Shown piece by piece: positions 40,315 to 49,191 of a stretch of 64,000 nt of DNA; the stretch's first letter is position 1, and each line of letters starts with the position of its first letter. The notes beneath the pieces are model-generated. The model saw only the letters and a list, made by a program, of their open reading frames with translations, was not told the origin of the DNA and did not search any database. The DNA lies in the NCBI GenBank assembly GCA_041662965.1, contig JBAZRI010000003.1, forward strand, positions 65,331 through 129,330, in the 5' to 3' direction. Origin of the DNA: Patescibacteria group bacterium (GTDB lineage Bacteria; Patescibacteriota; Patescibacteriia; Patescibacteriales; GWC2-42-12). A program made the translations under genes and the position numbers.

Positions 40315-41739
40315 TTAATTTTCTAAAAATGCCTTATAAGCTAAATAAGCGCAATACAAATCGGCTTTAGAAGAAATCTCCAGCGGCGCGTGCATATTGA
40401 ATAAAGGCACGCCGGCGTCAATTACCTCCATATTGCGATTGGCTAAATATTTGGCGATTGTGCCGCCGCCGCCTTTGTCAATTTTACCCATGCCGCCGAC
40501 CAACTGATAAACAATAGCTTTATTCTTATTATATAATTCTACCAACTCCCGCATGAATTTCCCCGATGCTTCGCTGGTTGAATATTTGCCGCCATGGCCG
40601 GTGTATTTTTCAATAGCTAGGCCGTAGCCTAAGCGGCAAGTATTGCGAACGTCAAAAACATCTTTGTAATCCGGATCCAATCCGGCCGTAACGTCAGCGC
40701 TAATTGCCTGACTCTTGGCAAAAATTTTATAAACACGATCAAGGTCATCTTCCCCGTCGACTAGCTCTGACAAATCAGAAATAAAAATTTCTAAAAAATA
40801 TGAATTGGCGCCGGTATTGCCGGCCGAACCGATTTCTTCTCGGTCTACCATGGCTAAAACCTGCGTTTTTTCACTCGTCTTTGATTCTATAATGCCCATC
40901 AAGGCGGTATAAGCGCAAATCAGATCATCTTGGCTGAAAGCTGAGATCAAACTGCGGTCAAAACCTAAATCGCGAGCCTTTTCGCAAGGCACGGCTCTAA
41001 GTTCAGCGCTGGCCAAATCAATTTCTTTCATGCCATACTCGACCCACAAATATTCTAAAATAGCCAATTTAACTTTTTCTTTTATTTTTTCATCTTTAAC
41101 CGGAATTGAGCCAACTACTAAATTTAATTCTTCGCCCAGCACCTCCTTTGATTCAACTTTTGAGCCCGGGGCGCCGTGGCGGTCTATATGAGGCAATAAA
41201 TCAGTAATCATAAAAATCGGATCGCTGTCTTTCTCGCCGATATTAATTTCTACTTTCTTGCCGTTTTCCAAATAAACCTGGCCGTGCAAAGCCAAAGCGA
41301 TGGTCGGCCACTGGTATTTTTTTATGCCGCCATAATAATGAGTTTTCAAAAAGGCCAAGCTTTCATCTTCGTATAAAGGCATGACTTTTAAATCCAAGTG
41401 CGGCGAATCAATATGAGGCATAATCATATTAAAGCCATGGTTTAGCGGCTTTTTCCCGACCTTAGCTAAAAATAAGCTCTTGTCGCGGTTAACCGCGTAA
41501 ACTTTATCGCCTGCTTTAAGCGATTTTAGCTCGGCCATATCTTTAAATCCGGCCTGTTTAACTAAAGCCATGCTCGCGGCTACGGCTTCAGGTACGGTTT
41601 TTGACTGATTTAAAAACTTTTTATAACCTTCGGAAAATTTAAAAGCTGACTGTTTAGTTTTCTCATCCCAAACCTCCCAGGCATTTCTCTTCTGCATGGT
41701 TAACTTTTTTTCCAAATCTTTATAATTTGTTTTTGACAT
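40315..41739 (-). CDS. M18-family aminopeptidase
   Basis: 474 aa with the overall M18 (aspartyl aminopeptidase-like) pattern, including HIDSPHLDLK. Confidence 0.75.
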   Translation of the reverse strand: MSKTNYKDLEKKLTMQKRNAWEVWDEKTKQSAFKFSEGYKKFLNQSKTVPEAVAASMALVKQAGFKDMAELKSLKAGDKVYAVNRDKSLFLAKVGKKPLNHGFNMIMPHIDSPHLDLKVMPLYEDESLAFLKTHYYGGIKKYQWPTIALALHGQVYLENGKKVEINIGEKDSDPIFMITDLLPHIDRHGAPGSKVESKEVLGEELNLVVGSIPVKDEKIKEKVKLAILEYLWVEYGMKEIDLASAELRAVPCEKARDLGFDRSLISAFSQDDLICAYTALMGIIESKTSEKTQVLAMVDREEIGSAGNTGANSYFLEIFISDLSELVDGEDDLDRVYKIFAKSQAISADVTAGLDPDYKDVFDVRNTCRLGYGLAIEKYTGHGGKYSTSEASGKFMRELVELYNKNKAIVYQLVGGMGKIDKGGGGTIAKYLANRNMEVIDAGVPLFNMHAPLEISSKADLYCAYLAYKAFLEN

Positions 41740-42446
41740 ATGGTTGTAATTATTAATTTATAATTTTCATCAATATAGAAATCAATTTCGCTTCTAACGC
41801 CGAACTTATTTTTAAAATAAATTCCCGGCTCAATCGTATAGCCGATATTAAGCGGCAGCGATTGCCGGCCTTTTCTGCTGATTCTGGTCCTTCTGCCATG
41901 AGGGCTAACCAAACCCAGTGAATGCCCGGTACTATGCAAAAATTTTTCGGCCAGTCCATGATCATTTAAATAATTTCTGGCCGCGTCATCAATCTCTTTA
42001 CCCAACGGTATTGTTTTATTTTTTAAATTGCTTTGTAAATACTTTATTGCCATCTCTCTGGCTTGCGCCACAATTCTAAACGCATCAACATGCTGTTTCG
42101 GTAGCTTCCTGCCATAATACATCATCCAGGTAATATCCGCAAACGGCGCGCCAATTTCCTCTAACCTTGCCCAAATATCAATCATTATTATGTCGCCTTT
42201 TTTTAATCGGCGCGGTTTCTCGGCATAATAGTGGACATGAGCCGTACTTTTGCCAAAAGCCACGATTGATTTCTGTTTATCGGATTTTAGATGATATCTT
42301 TTATATCGCTTTTTTATAAATTGCCTGATTGCTACATCCGTAGTCTCTGGATTATATTTTATAAATTCAACAATTTTTTTTATTATCTTGCGTAAAGCTT
42401 CGGCGGCCTGTTTATGCTGTTTTATTTGTTTTTTAGTCCAAGACAT
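41700..42446 (-). CDS. M24-family peptidase (creatinase/aminopeptidase P fold, catalytic domain only)
   Basis: 248 aa with HSTGHSLG and the pita-bread fold pattern. The 3' end overlaps the next gene by 40 nt. Confidence 0.7.
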   Translation of the reverse strand: MSWTKKQIKQHKQAAEALRKIIKKIVEFIKYNPETTDVAIRQFIKKRYKRYHLKSDKQKSIVAFGKSTAHVHYYAEKPRRLKKGDIIMIDIWARLEEIGAPFADITWMMYYGRKLPKQHVDAFRIVAQAREMAIKYLQSNLKNKTIPLGKEIDDAARNYLNDHGLAEKFLHSTGHSLGLVSPHGRRTRISRKGRQSLPLNIGYTIEPGIYFKNKFGVRSEIDFYIDENYKLIITTICQKQIIKIWKKS

Positions 42447-42454
42447 TATAATAT

Positions 42455-42601
42455 TGTCCGGTTTGGGAAAATTATTTTATAGCGCATACAAAATTGTAGC
42501 TGATTTTTTTCAAAAAATAATCATCTAATATAATAAAATATTCTTTGAAAAAAATCACCAAAATTTTGTCTAAACGGGAAAATAATTTTCCCAAACCGGA
42601 C
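42455..42601. repeat. Conserved-core / locus-specific-stem hairpin, family B' copy 2
   Basis: 24-bp outer stem TGTCCGGTTTGGGAAAATTATTTT / its complement. Core arms GCGCATACAAAATTGTAGC and AAATTTTGTCTAAAC, with an AT-rich central insert. Confidence 0.7.
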
Positions 42602-42636
42602 ATTAAGCATGCTGATTTAAAAAACCAATTTTTATT

Positions 42637-43509
42637 TTACCAACTCCCGCTCGACCCGCCGCCGCCGGACGACCCGCCGCCGAAGCCGCCGAAACCGCCG
42701 CCGCCGAATCCACCTGATCCGCCGCGTCCGCCGCCGATCCACCAAGGTATATGGCCGCCGGCCTTGCCGGCCTGATATTTTTTAGAAACTACATAATCAA
42801 ATAACAAGCCGAACGGAATTAAAAAACCGATAGCGGCTATGCCGAAAAATAAAAAGCCTTTGATTATGCCGATTACTATCCCAATAACCGCGCCGACGAT
42901 GCCGCCGGCCCACCACGATTTGCTTCTGCCTAAGATGCTGGCCAGCCACATAAAACCGAAAATAACTATATAAAAAATAAATTCCGGATCAAACGACGAT
43001 TTTTTATCGCCGCTGTTTTGGCTGTCGCTTGGCACATATTCTCCTTTAGTCGCGGCCATTATCTGGTCAACTGCTTTATCCAGCCCGCCGTAAAAATCAT
43101 TAGCGCGAAAAGCCGGCTGCATCATCTGATTGATAATCCAATTGGATTGGGCGTCGGTTAAAGCGCCTTCTAAACCATAGCCGACTTCAATCCGCATTTC
43201 CCGGTCATCTTTGGCTACCAATACTAAAACACCGTTATCTTTTCCTTGCTTGCCGATCTGCCAATCTTCAAATAGTTTAACCGCGAAATTTTCAATCGTA
43301 TCGCCTTCAAGGCTGGCTATTAAAACCACGGCGATTTCATTGCTGGTTTCTTGATTAAACTGCGCTAATTTATTCTCCAGCGCTTGTTTTTGTTCAGAAG
43401 AAAAAGTTCCGGCATAATCATTAACAAAACCGCTGGGCTGCCCGGGATTATAGTAGGCAAAAACCGGCCAAGCAAAAAATAATAATAAAATTATGATTAT
43501 TTTTTTCAT
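42637..43509 (-). CDS. TPM-domain (YgcG-like) protein with a C-terminal TM region and a Gly-rich tail
   Basis: Signal peptide MKKIIIILLLFFAWPVFA, the TPM pattern, and a GGFGGGG tail. The longer ORF start at 43626 reads through a repeat and was rejected. Confidence 0.8.
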   Translation of the reverse strand: MKKIIIILLLFFAWPVFAYYNPGQPSGFVNDYAGTFSSEQKQALENKLAQFNQETSNEIAVVLIASLEGDTIENFAVKLFEDWQIGKQGKDNGVLVLVAKDDREMRIEVGYGLEGALTDAQSNWIINQMMQPAFRANDFYGGLDKAVDQIMAATKGEYVPSDSQNSGDKKSSFDPEFIFYIVIFGFMWLASILGRSKSWWAGGIVGAVIGIVIGIIKGFLFFGIAAIGFLIPFGLLFDYVVSKKYQAGKAGGHIPWWIGGGRGGSGGFGGGGFGGFGGGSSGGGGSSGSW

Positions 43510-43524
43510 AATTAGAAATCTCAA

Positions 43525-43624
43525 GATTGGGCAAGGCTTATTTAATTTTCGTGCGAGGACTGTCTGAGGCCGAGCAATCTCGACCGAGTTCCGCAGTAGA
43601 AAATTAAATAAGCCTTGCCCAATC
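43525..43624. repeat. Conserved-core / locus-specific-stem hairpin, family B copy 2
   Basis: Outer stem GATTGGGCAAGGCTTATTTAATTTTC / its complement. Same conserved arms as 37781. Central hairpin GGCCGAG-CAAT-CTCGACC. Confidence 0.8.
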
Positions 43625-43659
43625 ATTTATGCTATAACTTACATTTTGCTAAACTGTTA

Positions 43660-44214
43660 TTAGAAATTTACCGCTGGCGCGTTTTCCGCTCCGGCCGCGG
43701 CTTCAAAATAAGCTTTTTCCGAAAAGCCGAACATAGAGGCAAGCCATTTGGCCGGGATGCGTTTTACCATAACATTGAAATCACGCGCCGCGTCATTAAA
43801 TCTTTTTCTTTCCACGCTGATTCTGTTTTCCGTGCCTTCTAACTGCACCATCAAAGTCTGCACGGTTTCTATGGATTTTAACTGCGGATAATTTTCCATA
43901 ATTACGAGCAGCCGCCCTAAAGCGCTTTCAACTTGCGTCGCGGCATCGGCTTTTTCGTTGACGGTTTGGGCGCCGGCATAACGCGTGCGAGCATCGGCTA
44001 AATCACCGAATACTTTCTGCTCCTGGCCCATAGCGCCTTTAACGGAATTAACTAAATTCGGAATCAAATCAAAACGCCTTTGGTATTGGGTTTCAACTTG
44101 CGCCCACATATTGTCTACGCCTTCATTGGCCGTAACCATTTTGTTGTAAGTGCCCCAGACATAAAGCGCCAGGACGGCGGCAACAACCGCCAGAATGATA
44201 AGAACTTTTTTCAT
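43660..44214 (-). CDS. LemA family protein
   Basis: 184 aa with an N-terminal TM segment and the LemA pattern (YNKMV...RRFDLIPNLV). Classic pairing with the TPM protein. Confidence 0.85.
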   Translation of the reverse strand: MKKVLIILAVVAAVLALYVWGTYNKMVTANEGVDNMWAQVETQYQRRFDLIPNLVNSVKGAMGQEQKVFGDLADARTRYAGAQTVNEKADAATQVESALGRLLVIMENYPQLKSIETVQTLMVQLEGTENRISVERKRFNDAARDFNVMVKRIPAKWLASMFGFSEKAYFEAAAGAENAPAVNF

Positions 44215-44221
44215 AGTTTTT

Positions 44222-45262
44222 TTACTTATTAATTATATTTAATTTTAATTTTTTCCCTCTGCTTTTAGTCGCATAATAACCGGTCAGCATCGTAGCCAGT
44301 TTAATAATTTCTTCTTGGCTTTTCGAATCGCCTAATTTTAATTCGCTCATTTTCAATTCTTCAAGAACTTGAATTTCCCTTTCCATTATACTTGATACAT
44401 TATACTGTATACCTCTTAAAAGGCTCGTCGGCCCGTTTTCGTCAGCTAATTGTATTATCACGTCTCCCTTTTGCGCTAATTTTTCCAAATTTTCATTATC
44501 CTTTTCATCTCGCCCGATTACTAATAAAATATTTTTTTCTCCCTCTCCTTTATAAGGAGAGGGTTGGGGTGAGGTATCTTTAAGCCAAAACGCCCGGCCG
44601 TATTTTAATAATGCGATATCATTGCTAGCGCAATCAGGCCAATATCCAAGAATTTTAAGCAATTTTTCGCTAAATTCCGGATCGGTTAAAAGGCAGCCGC
44701 CGCCCGGGCTGGCATATTCTTTTATACCATATTTTTTTACCAGCTCTAATTGGCGCTGGCGCGATCGGCCGCTTATATCCAATAACTTCCCCCTGATTAA
44801 TTTGCCCTGTTTTTCCGGTTCGCTTATATTAAGTAATTTTGCCGACAGCGGCCTGACTAATTTGCCTTCCAACCCGGCTATTTTTTCCACTATTTTTAAA
44901 GCTTCTTTATTTTGCGACATCGGCCTTTGCCCTAAGACTTCGCCGGTCGCCACAAAATCAAATTTTTCTTTCTCCATTATCTCTTTAGCCTTTTTTAGCA
45001 TTAGGCCGTGGCAATCAACGCAAGGATTCATGTTTTTACCATAGCCATGAGCCGGATTTTTTACCATTTTTAAATGTTCATCCGAAAAATCAATTTCAAT
45101 TAATTTTATGCCTAACTCTCCGGCCGCTTTTTTAGCCCTGTCCGCGCTAAAAAAATTACTTTTAAAGCTTAATCCGGTAACTTCAACGCCTTGCTCCATT
45201 AAAACGCGCGCCGCCAGCATTGAGTCCAGCCCACCCGATAATAGCACTAGGGCTTTAGTCAT
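44222..45262 (-). CDS. PP-loop ATPase (ThiI/MnmA-like tRNA thiolation family)
   Basis: SGGLDS PP-loop. The start is set at MTKALVLL because the longer ORF translates a TGTCAT repeat (LRSLWSLAMT). Confidence 0.65.
   Translation of the reverse strand: MTKALVLLSGGLDSMLAARVLMEQGVEVTGLSFKSNFFSADRAKKAAGELGIKLIEIDFSDEHLKMVKNPAHGYGKNMNPCVDCHGLMLKKAKEIMEKEKFDFVATGEVLGQRPMSQNKEALKIVEKIAGLEGKLVRPLSAKLLNISEPEKQGKLIRGKLLDISGRSRQRQLELVKKYGIKEYASPGGGCLLTDPEFSEKLLKILGYWPDCASNDIALLKYGRAFWLKDTSPQPSPYKGEGEKNILLVIGRDEKDNENLEKLAQKGDVIIQLADENGPTSLLRGIQYNVSSIMEREIQVLEELKMSELKLGDSKSQEEIIKLATMLTGYYATKSRGKKLKLNIINK
44541..44574. repeat. GC-rich palindromic element inserted in frame inside the PP-loop ATPase ORF
   Basis: CCCTCTCCTT-TAT-AAGGAGAGGG followed by TTGGGGTGAGG. 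Translated as ...SPQPSPYKGEGEK.... Same family as 8777. Confidence 0.85.
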
Positions 45263-45271
45263 AATATTATC

Positions 45272-45360
45272 TGTCATCCCCGCCCCGTTTGTCATTGCGA
45301 GCGACCAGAGGGAGCGAAGCAATCTCATTTATTTGTCATTCCCGCACAGGCGGGAATCCA
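45272..45360. repeat. Three different TGTCAT-headed units in tandem
   Basis: TGTCATCCCCGCCCC, TGTCATTGCGAGCGACCAGAGGGAGCGAAGCAATCTC and TGTCATTCCCGCACAGGCGGGAATCCA. Confidence 0.85.
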
Positions 45361-45452
45361 TTTTCTACTTAAACCCAATAATCTGATACCCGTATTTCTC
45401 AACATTTTCTTTAATTATTTTCTTTATTTATTTAGTGCGAGCCTAGAAAAAT

Positions 45453-48395
45453 TTATATTTTTCTTATTCCTAACTTTACCATTTCCCCATTTACCTTAAT
45501 TCCCTCGCCTTTAACTTCGCTTTCCATTATTTTTTCGCATAAAACATCTCTTTTTAGCTCCTCTGCCATTTTTGCAAAAACATTTTTTATCAATTCACTA
45601 TCGCTCTGCCAGGACAAAACAATTTTATCTTTAATAGTCAACCCGGCGTTTTTGCGCATACTATTAACCATACGTACAATTTCCCGCTTTAAGCCTTCAA
45701 GCTTTAATTCGGGTGTTAAGGTCGTATCAATTTTAACTTCAATATTTCCATCGCCATATTCGCTAACAACATTTTTAACATTTAATTCATCTTTTATCAA
45801 TTCAACATATTCATCTCTTAATTCGTGGCTCGTAAATCGTAATTCCGAGAGCGGCTGCCTAACTTTAATGCCCGCTTTATCCCTTTCCGCTAATCCCAGC
45901 TCTACAATTTCTCTCACCATCTCCATCTGTGTAATTATTTTTATATCTTCGGCTTCCATCGGGTCGTTATATTCCACCCAAGCGGTTAAATGCACTGACT
46001 TATTTTCATCTTTAAAATTCAATCCGGTTACTTTCTGCCAAATAGTCTCGGCCATAAACGGCATAACCGGAGCGATAATTTTAGCTAATTCCAGCAAAAC
46101 AAACCTGGTTATTATAACCGCCGCTTTTTGATCGGCTTGATCGTCGGATTTAAATCTATCGCGCGATCTTCTTAAATACCAGGTAGAAAAATCATTGATA
46201 AAATCGCTTATCGGCCGAGTGGCTTTAGGCAGATTATAATTTTTCATGTTTTCGGTTACGTCTTTCGCTAAAATATTTAATTTCGCCAGTATCCATTTAT
46301 CCAAAATATTTTCGCCTTCCGGCCTGGCGCATTCTTCGCCGGCGGCTTCTTCCTGATACATTTCATAAAATTTATACACATTCCATAAAATCATGATATT
46401 TTTTCTGAAAACATCTCTTAAATCGCGCTCATTAAAAAATAAATTTTCCGCTTGCATCACGGCTGAACTCATTAAATAAAAACGCAAAGCGTCCACGCCG
46501 TATTCGTTAATCACTTTCCAGGGGTCGGGATAATTCTTTTTTGATTTGCTCATCTTATCGCCTTTTTCATTTAAAATTACGCCGGTGGCGATAACGTTTT
46601 CAAAGCTGTTGGAATCAAATAAAGCCGCGGCTAAGACGTGCATAACGTAAAACCAGGCCCTGGTCTGGGAAATATATTCGCTGATGAATTGCGCGGGAAA
46701 ATTGGCTTCAAATTTTTCTTTATTGGCAAATGGATAATGCATTTGAGCGAAAGACATGGAGCCGGATTCTACCCAGCAATCCAAAACTTCGCTGATGCGT
46801 TTCATCTGGCCGTCGCGCTTGGCGCATGGCCAGGTTAAGCCGCTAACTTTATGGATATGAATATCGGTAATATTTTTCTCACCGCTTTTTTCTTGCAATT
46901 CTTTAACCGAGCCGATTACTTCCAGCTCACCGCATTTATCGCATTGCCAAACCGGAATCGGCGTGCCGAAATAGCGGTTGCGTGAAATATTCCAGTCCGG
47001 CGCCTGCTCAATGCCTAAAGCGAACCTCCCCCCTTTTAAATATTCAGGGAACCAATTTATCCGTTCGTTTAATTCCAACATCCGCTTTTTTAGTTTGCTG
47101 ACGGCCATAAACCAGGCTGGAATGGCGTTATAAAATAATTGGGTATCACAGCGATGGCAAAATGGATAAGAATGGGTTGTTTGTTCGGTGGTAAAAACCA
47201 AGCCGCGCTTTTCTAAATCTTCAATTACCATTTTATTGGCTTTTTTAAAATATATGCCCTTAAATTTTGGCACGGTTTCGTTAAAAATCCCTTTTTCGTC
47301 CAGCATGGGTATAACCGGCAAATCATATTTTAAGCCAAGGTTGTAATCGTCTTCGCCATAAACCACGGCCGTATGCACTACGCCCGTACCGTCTTCGGTG
47401 GTAACGAAATCAGCCGCGAAAACTTTATAAACCGGTTTGCCACTATCCTTAAACGCCGGCACTTCAAATAATGGCTCGTATTCCAAACCAACCAAATCTT
47501 TACCCTTAATGTCATCGTGCACAATCTCAATTTCTTTATTTTTGAAAATTACGCCGGACAAAACTTTTGAGGCGGCAATTAACATCTCTTTTACTCCTTT
47601 AATCCTGAAGGCAGTATAATCAATATCTTCTCCGACCGCTAAGGCCACATTTCCCGGAAGCGTCCAGGGGGTGGTTGTCCAGGCGAGTATATAAGCTGAA
47701 TCTTTTGTTTCTTTGCCTTCGCCGTATTTTTGGCCTGGCTTTAATTTAAATTTCGCATAAACACTCTGTTCGGTTATTTCTTTATAACTATTATCCATAG
47801 CCACTTCAAAATTGGAAATCGGGGTTTCGCATCTGGGACAATAAAGTTGGACTTTCCGGCCCTGATAAATCAAGTCTTTTTCCCATAAATTCTTAAAGGC
47901 CCACCAGACCGATTCCATATAATTAACATCCATGGTTTTATAAGAATCTTTAAATTCCACCCAGCGGCCGATGCGCCGGATCATAACTTCCCAGATGTCG
48001 GCGTATTCTAAAACGCGCGAACGGCAGGTTTCGCAAAACTCTCCCACGCCGATTTTTTCAATTTCTTTTTTGCCGCTGATTTTTAAATCCTGCTCAATGA
48101 TATTTTCAATCGGCAGGCCGTGGCAATCCCAGCCCCAGCGCCGCTCAACGCGGTAGCCCTGCATAGTCCAAAATCTAGGTATAACGTCTTTGGAAATGCT
48201 GGATAAGAGATGCCCGTAATGCGGCTCGCCCGTGCCGAACGGCGGGCCGTCATAAAAAACATAATCGCCCCGCGGCGCGGATTTTTCAACTGACTTCTTA
48301 AAAATTTCATTTTTATCCCAAAAATTCAAAACCTCCTCTTCCATAGCCGGAAAAGGGCTTTTAATCTGTTCTCTTTCCTGTTTTTTATTAGGCAT
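45453..48395 (-). CDS. ileS: Isoleucine--tRNA ligase
   Basis: 980 aa with the HIGH-type motif (PHYGHLL), KMSKS, and a CP1 editing domain. Confidence 0.93.
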   Translation of the reverse strand: MPNKKQEREQIKSPFPAMEEEVLNFWDKNEIFKKSVEKSAPRGDYVFYDGPPFGTGEPHYGHLLSSISKDVIPRFWTMQGYRVERRWGWDCHGLPIENIIEQDLKISGKKEIEKIGVGEFCETCRSRVLEYADIWEVMIRRIGRWVEFKDSYKTMDVNYMESVWWAFKNLWEKDLIYQGRKVQLYCPRCETPISNFEVAMDNSYKEITEQSVYAKFKLKPGQKYGEGKETKDSAYILAWTTTPWTLPGNVALAVGEDIDYTAFRIKGVKEMLIAASKVLSGVIFKNKEIEIVHDDIKGKDLVGLEYEPLFEVPAFKDSGKPVYKVFAADFVTTEDGTGVVHTAVVYGEDDYNLGLKYDLPVIPMLDEKGIFNETVPKFKGIYFKKANKMVIEDLEKRGLVFTTEQTTHSYPFCHRCDTQLFYNAIPAWFMAVSKLKKRMLELNERINWFPEYLKGGRFALGIEQAPDWNISRNRYFGTPIPVWQCDKCGELEVIGSVKELQEKSGEKNITDIHIHKVSGLTWPCAKRDGQMKRISEVLDCWVESGSMSFAQMHYPFANKEKFEANFPAQFISEYISQTRAWFYVMHVLAAALFDSNSFENVIATGVILNEKGDKMSKSKKNYPDPWKVINEYGVDALRFYLMSSAVMQAENLFFNERDLRDVFRKNIMILWNVYKFYEMYQEEAAGEECARPEGENILDKWILAKLNILAKDVTENMKNYNLPKATRPISDFINDFSTWYLRRSRDRFKSDDQADQKAAVIITRFVLLELAKIIAPVMPFMAETIWQKVTGLNFKDENKSVHLTAWVEYNDPMEAEDIKIITQMEMVREIVELGLAERDKAGIKVRQPLSELRFTSHELRDEYVELIKDELNVKNVVSEYGDGNIEVKIDTTLTPELKLEGLKREIVRMVNSMRKNAGLTIKDKIVLSWQSDSELIKNVFAKMAEELKRDVLCEKIMESEVKGEGIKVNGEMVKLGIRKI

Positions 48396-48505
48396 AATAT
48401 AAAAAATTTCACGAATTATTTATTTATTTTAGCCTAAATTAAGCTAAATGTCAAAGAAAATTATAGGCTTGATTAAATCGGTAATTTTGTTAGAATTTAA
48501 TCAAT

Positions 48506-49132
48506 ATGATTATTTCTTTCATCGGCATGTCAAACGTCGGCAAGTCAACCTGGTCGACTAAACTGGAAAAATTAAAAGGCTTTAAAAAATATTGCTGCGA
48601 CGATTTGATCGAAAGCTATTTAAGCCCGGAATTAAAAGCCTTGGGCTACGCCGGCATAAATGACTTAAGCCGCTGGCTGGGTCAGCCTTACGACCGGAGG
48701 TATAAAAAAAACAGCCAAAAATTTTTAGAGCTTGAGGCTAAATCTTTAAAAGACAGTTTTGAAAGAATTGACAGCCTAACAAGCGAAATTGACGTTGTGT
48801 TGGATACGACCGGCAGCGTTATTTATCTATTCGAGGAAATATTGAAAACCTTAGCCGGCCGGACAAAAATAATATATCTTGAAGCTCCGATCGGCATGAT
48901 GGAGCTGATGATTAAAAATTATATCGCCAACCCTAAACCGGTAATCTGGGGGGATTTATACCGACCGCTGGCCGGAGAAAATAAAGCCGAAACTTTAAAA
49001 AGATGCTATCCTGAATTATTAAAATATCGAACCGGCCTATATGAAAAGCTAGGCGCGATCAAGCTTGATGACTTTACTAGGACAAAAAAAGATTTTACTT
49101 TAGAAAATTTGCTTGAGCTGGTCAATGGATAA
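48506..49132 (+). CDS. P-loop NTPase / small-molecule kinase-like protein
   Basis: Walker A GMSNVGKST at the N-terminus. 208 aa. Substrate unknown. Confidence 0.45.
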   Translation: MIISFIGMSNVGKSTWSTKLEKLKGFKKYCCDDLIESYLSPELKALGYAGINDLSRWLGQPYDRRYKKNSQKFLELEAKSLKDSFERIDSLTSEIDVVLDTTGSVIYLFEEILKTLAGRTKIIYLEAPIGMMELMIKNYIANPKPVIWGDLYRPLAGENKAETLKRCYPELLKYRTGLYEKLGAIKLDDFTRTKKDFTLENLLELVNG

Positions 49133-49150
49133 CTATTTCTCAATTTAAAA

Positions 49151-49177
49151 AATAACCCCGCGCTTTACGGGGTTATT
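49151..49177. terminator. Bidirectional intrinsic terminator between convergent genes
   Basis: AATAACCCCG-CGCTTTA-CGGGGTTATT flanked by A6 and T5 runs. Confidence 0.75.
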
Positions 49178-49191
49178 TATTTTTAAGTATC

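Noticed and set aside
41700-41739. A 40-nt overlap between the M24 peptidase 3' end and the M18 aminopeptidase 5' end. Possible frameshift or fusion?
   Set aside because: Both ORFs are full-length for their families, and the overlap is compatible with ordinary translational coupling or a slightly later M18 start. There is no slippery sequence and no evidence of a broken gene.
43510-43626. N-terminal extensions of automated ORFs: 42637-43626, 44222-45328, 27310-28629, 19372-21600, 22824-23342 and 21612-22817.
   Set aside because: The extensions translate intergenic repeats or hairpins (for example LRSLWSLAMT from the TGTCAT repeat) and lack an RBS. Downstream in-frame ATGs have good Shine-Dalgarno sequences and give canonical N-termini (a signal peptide, or MKYALKEG after GGAGGT).
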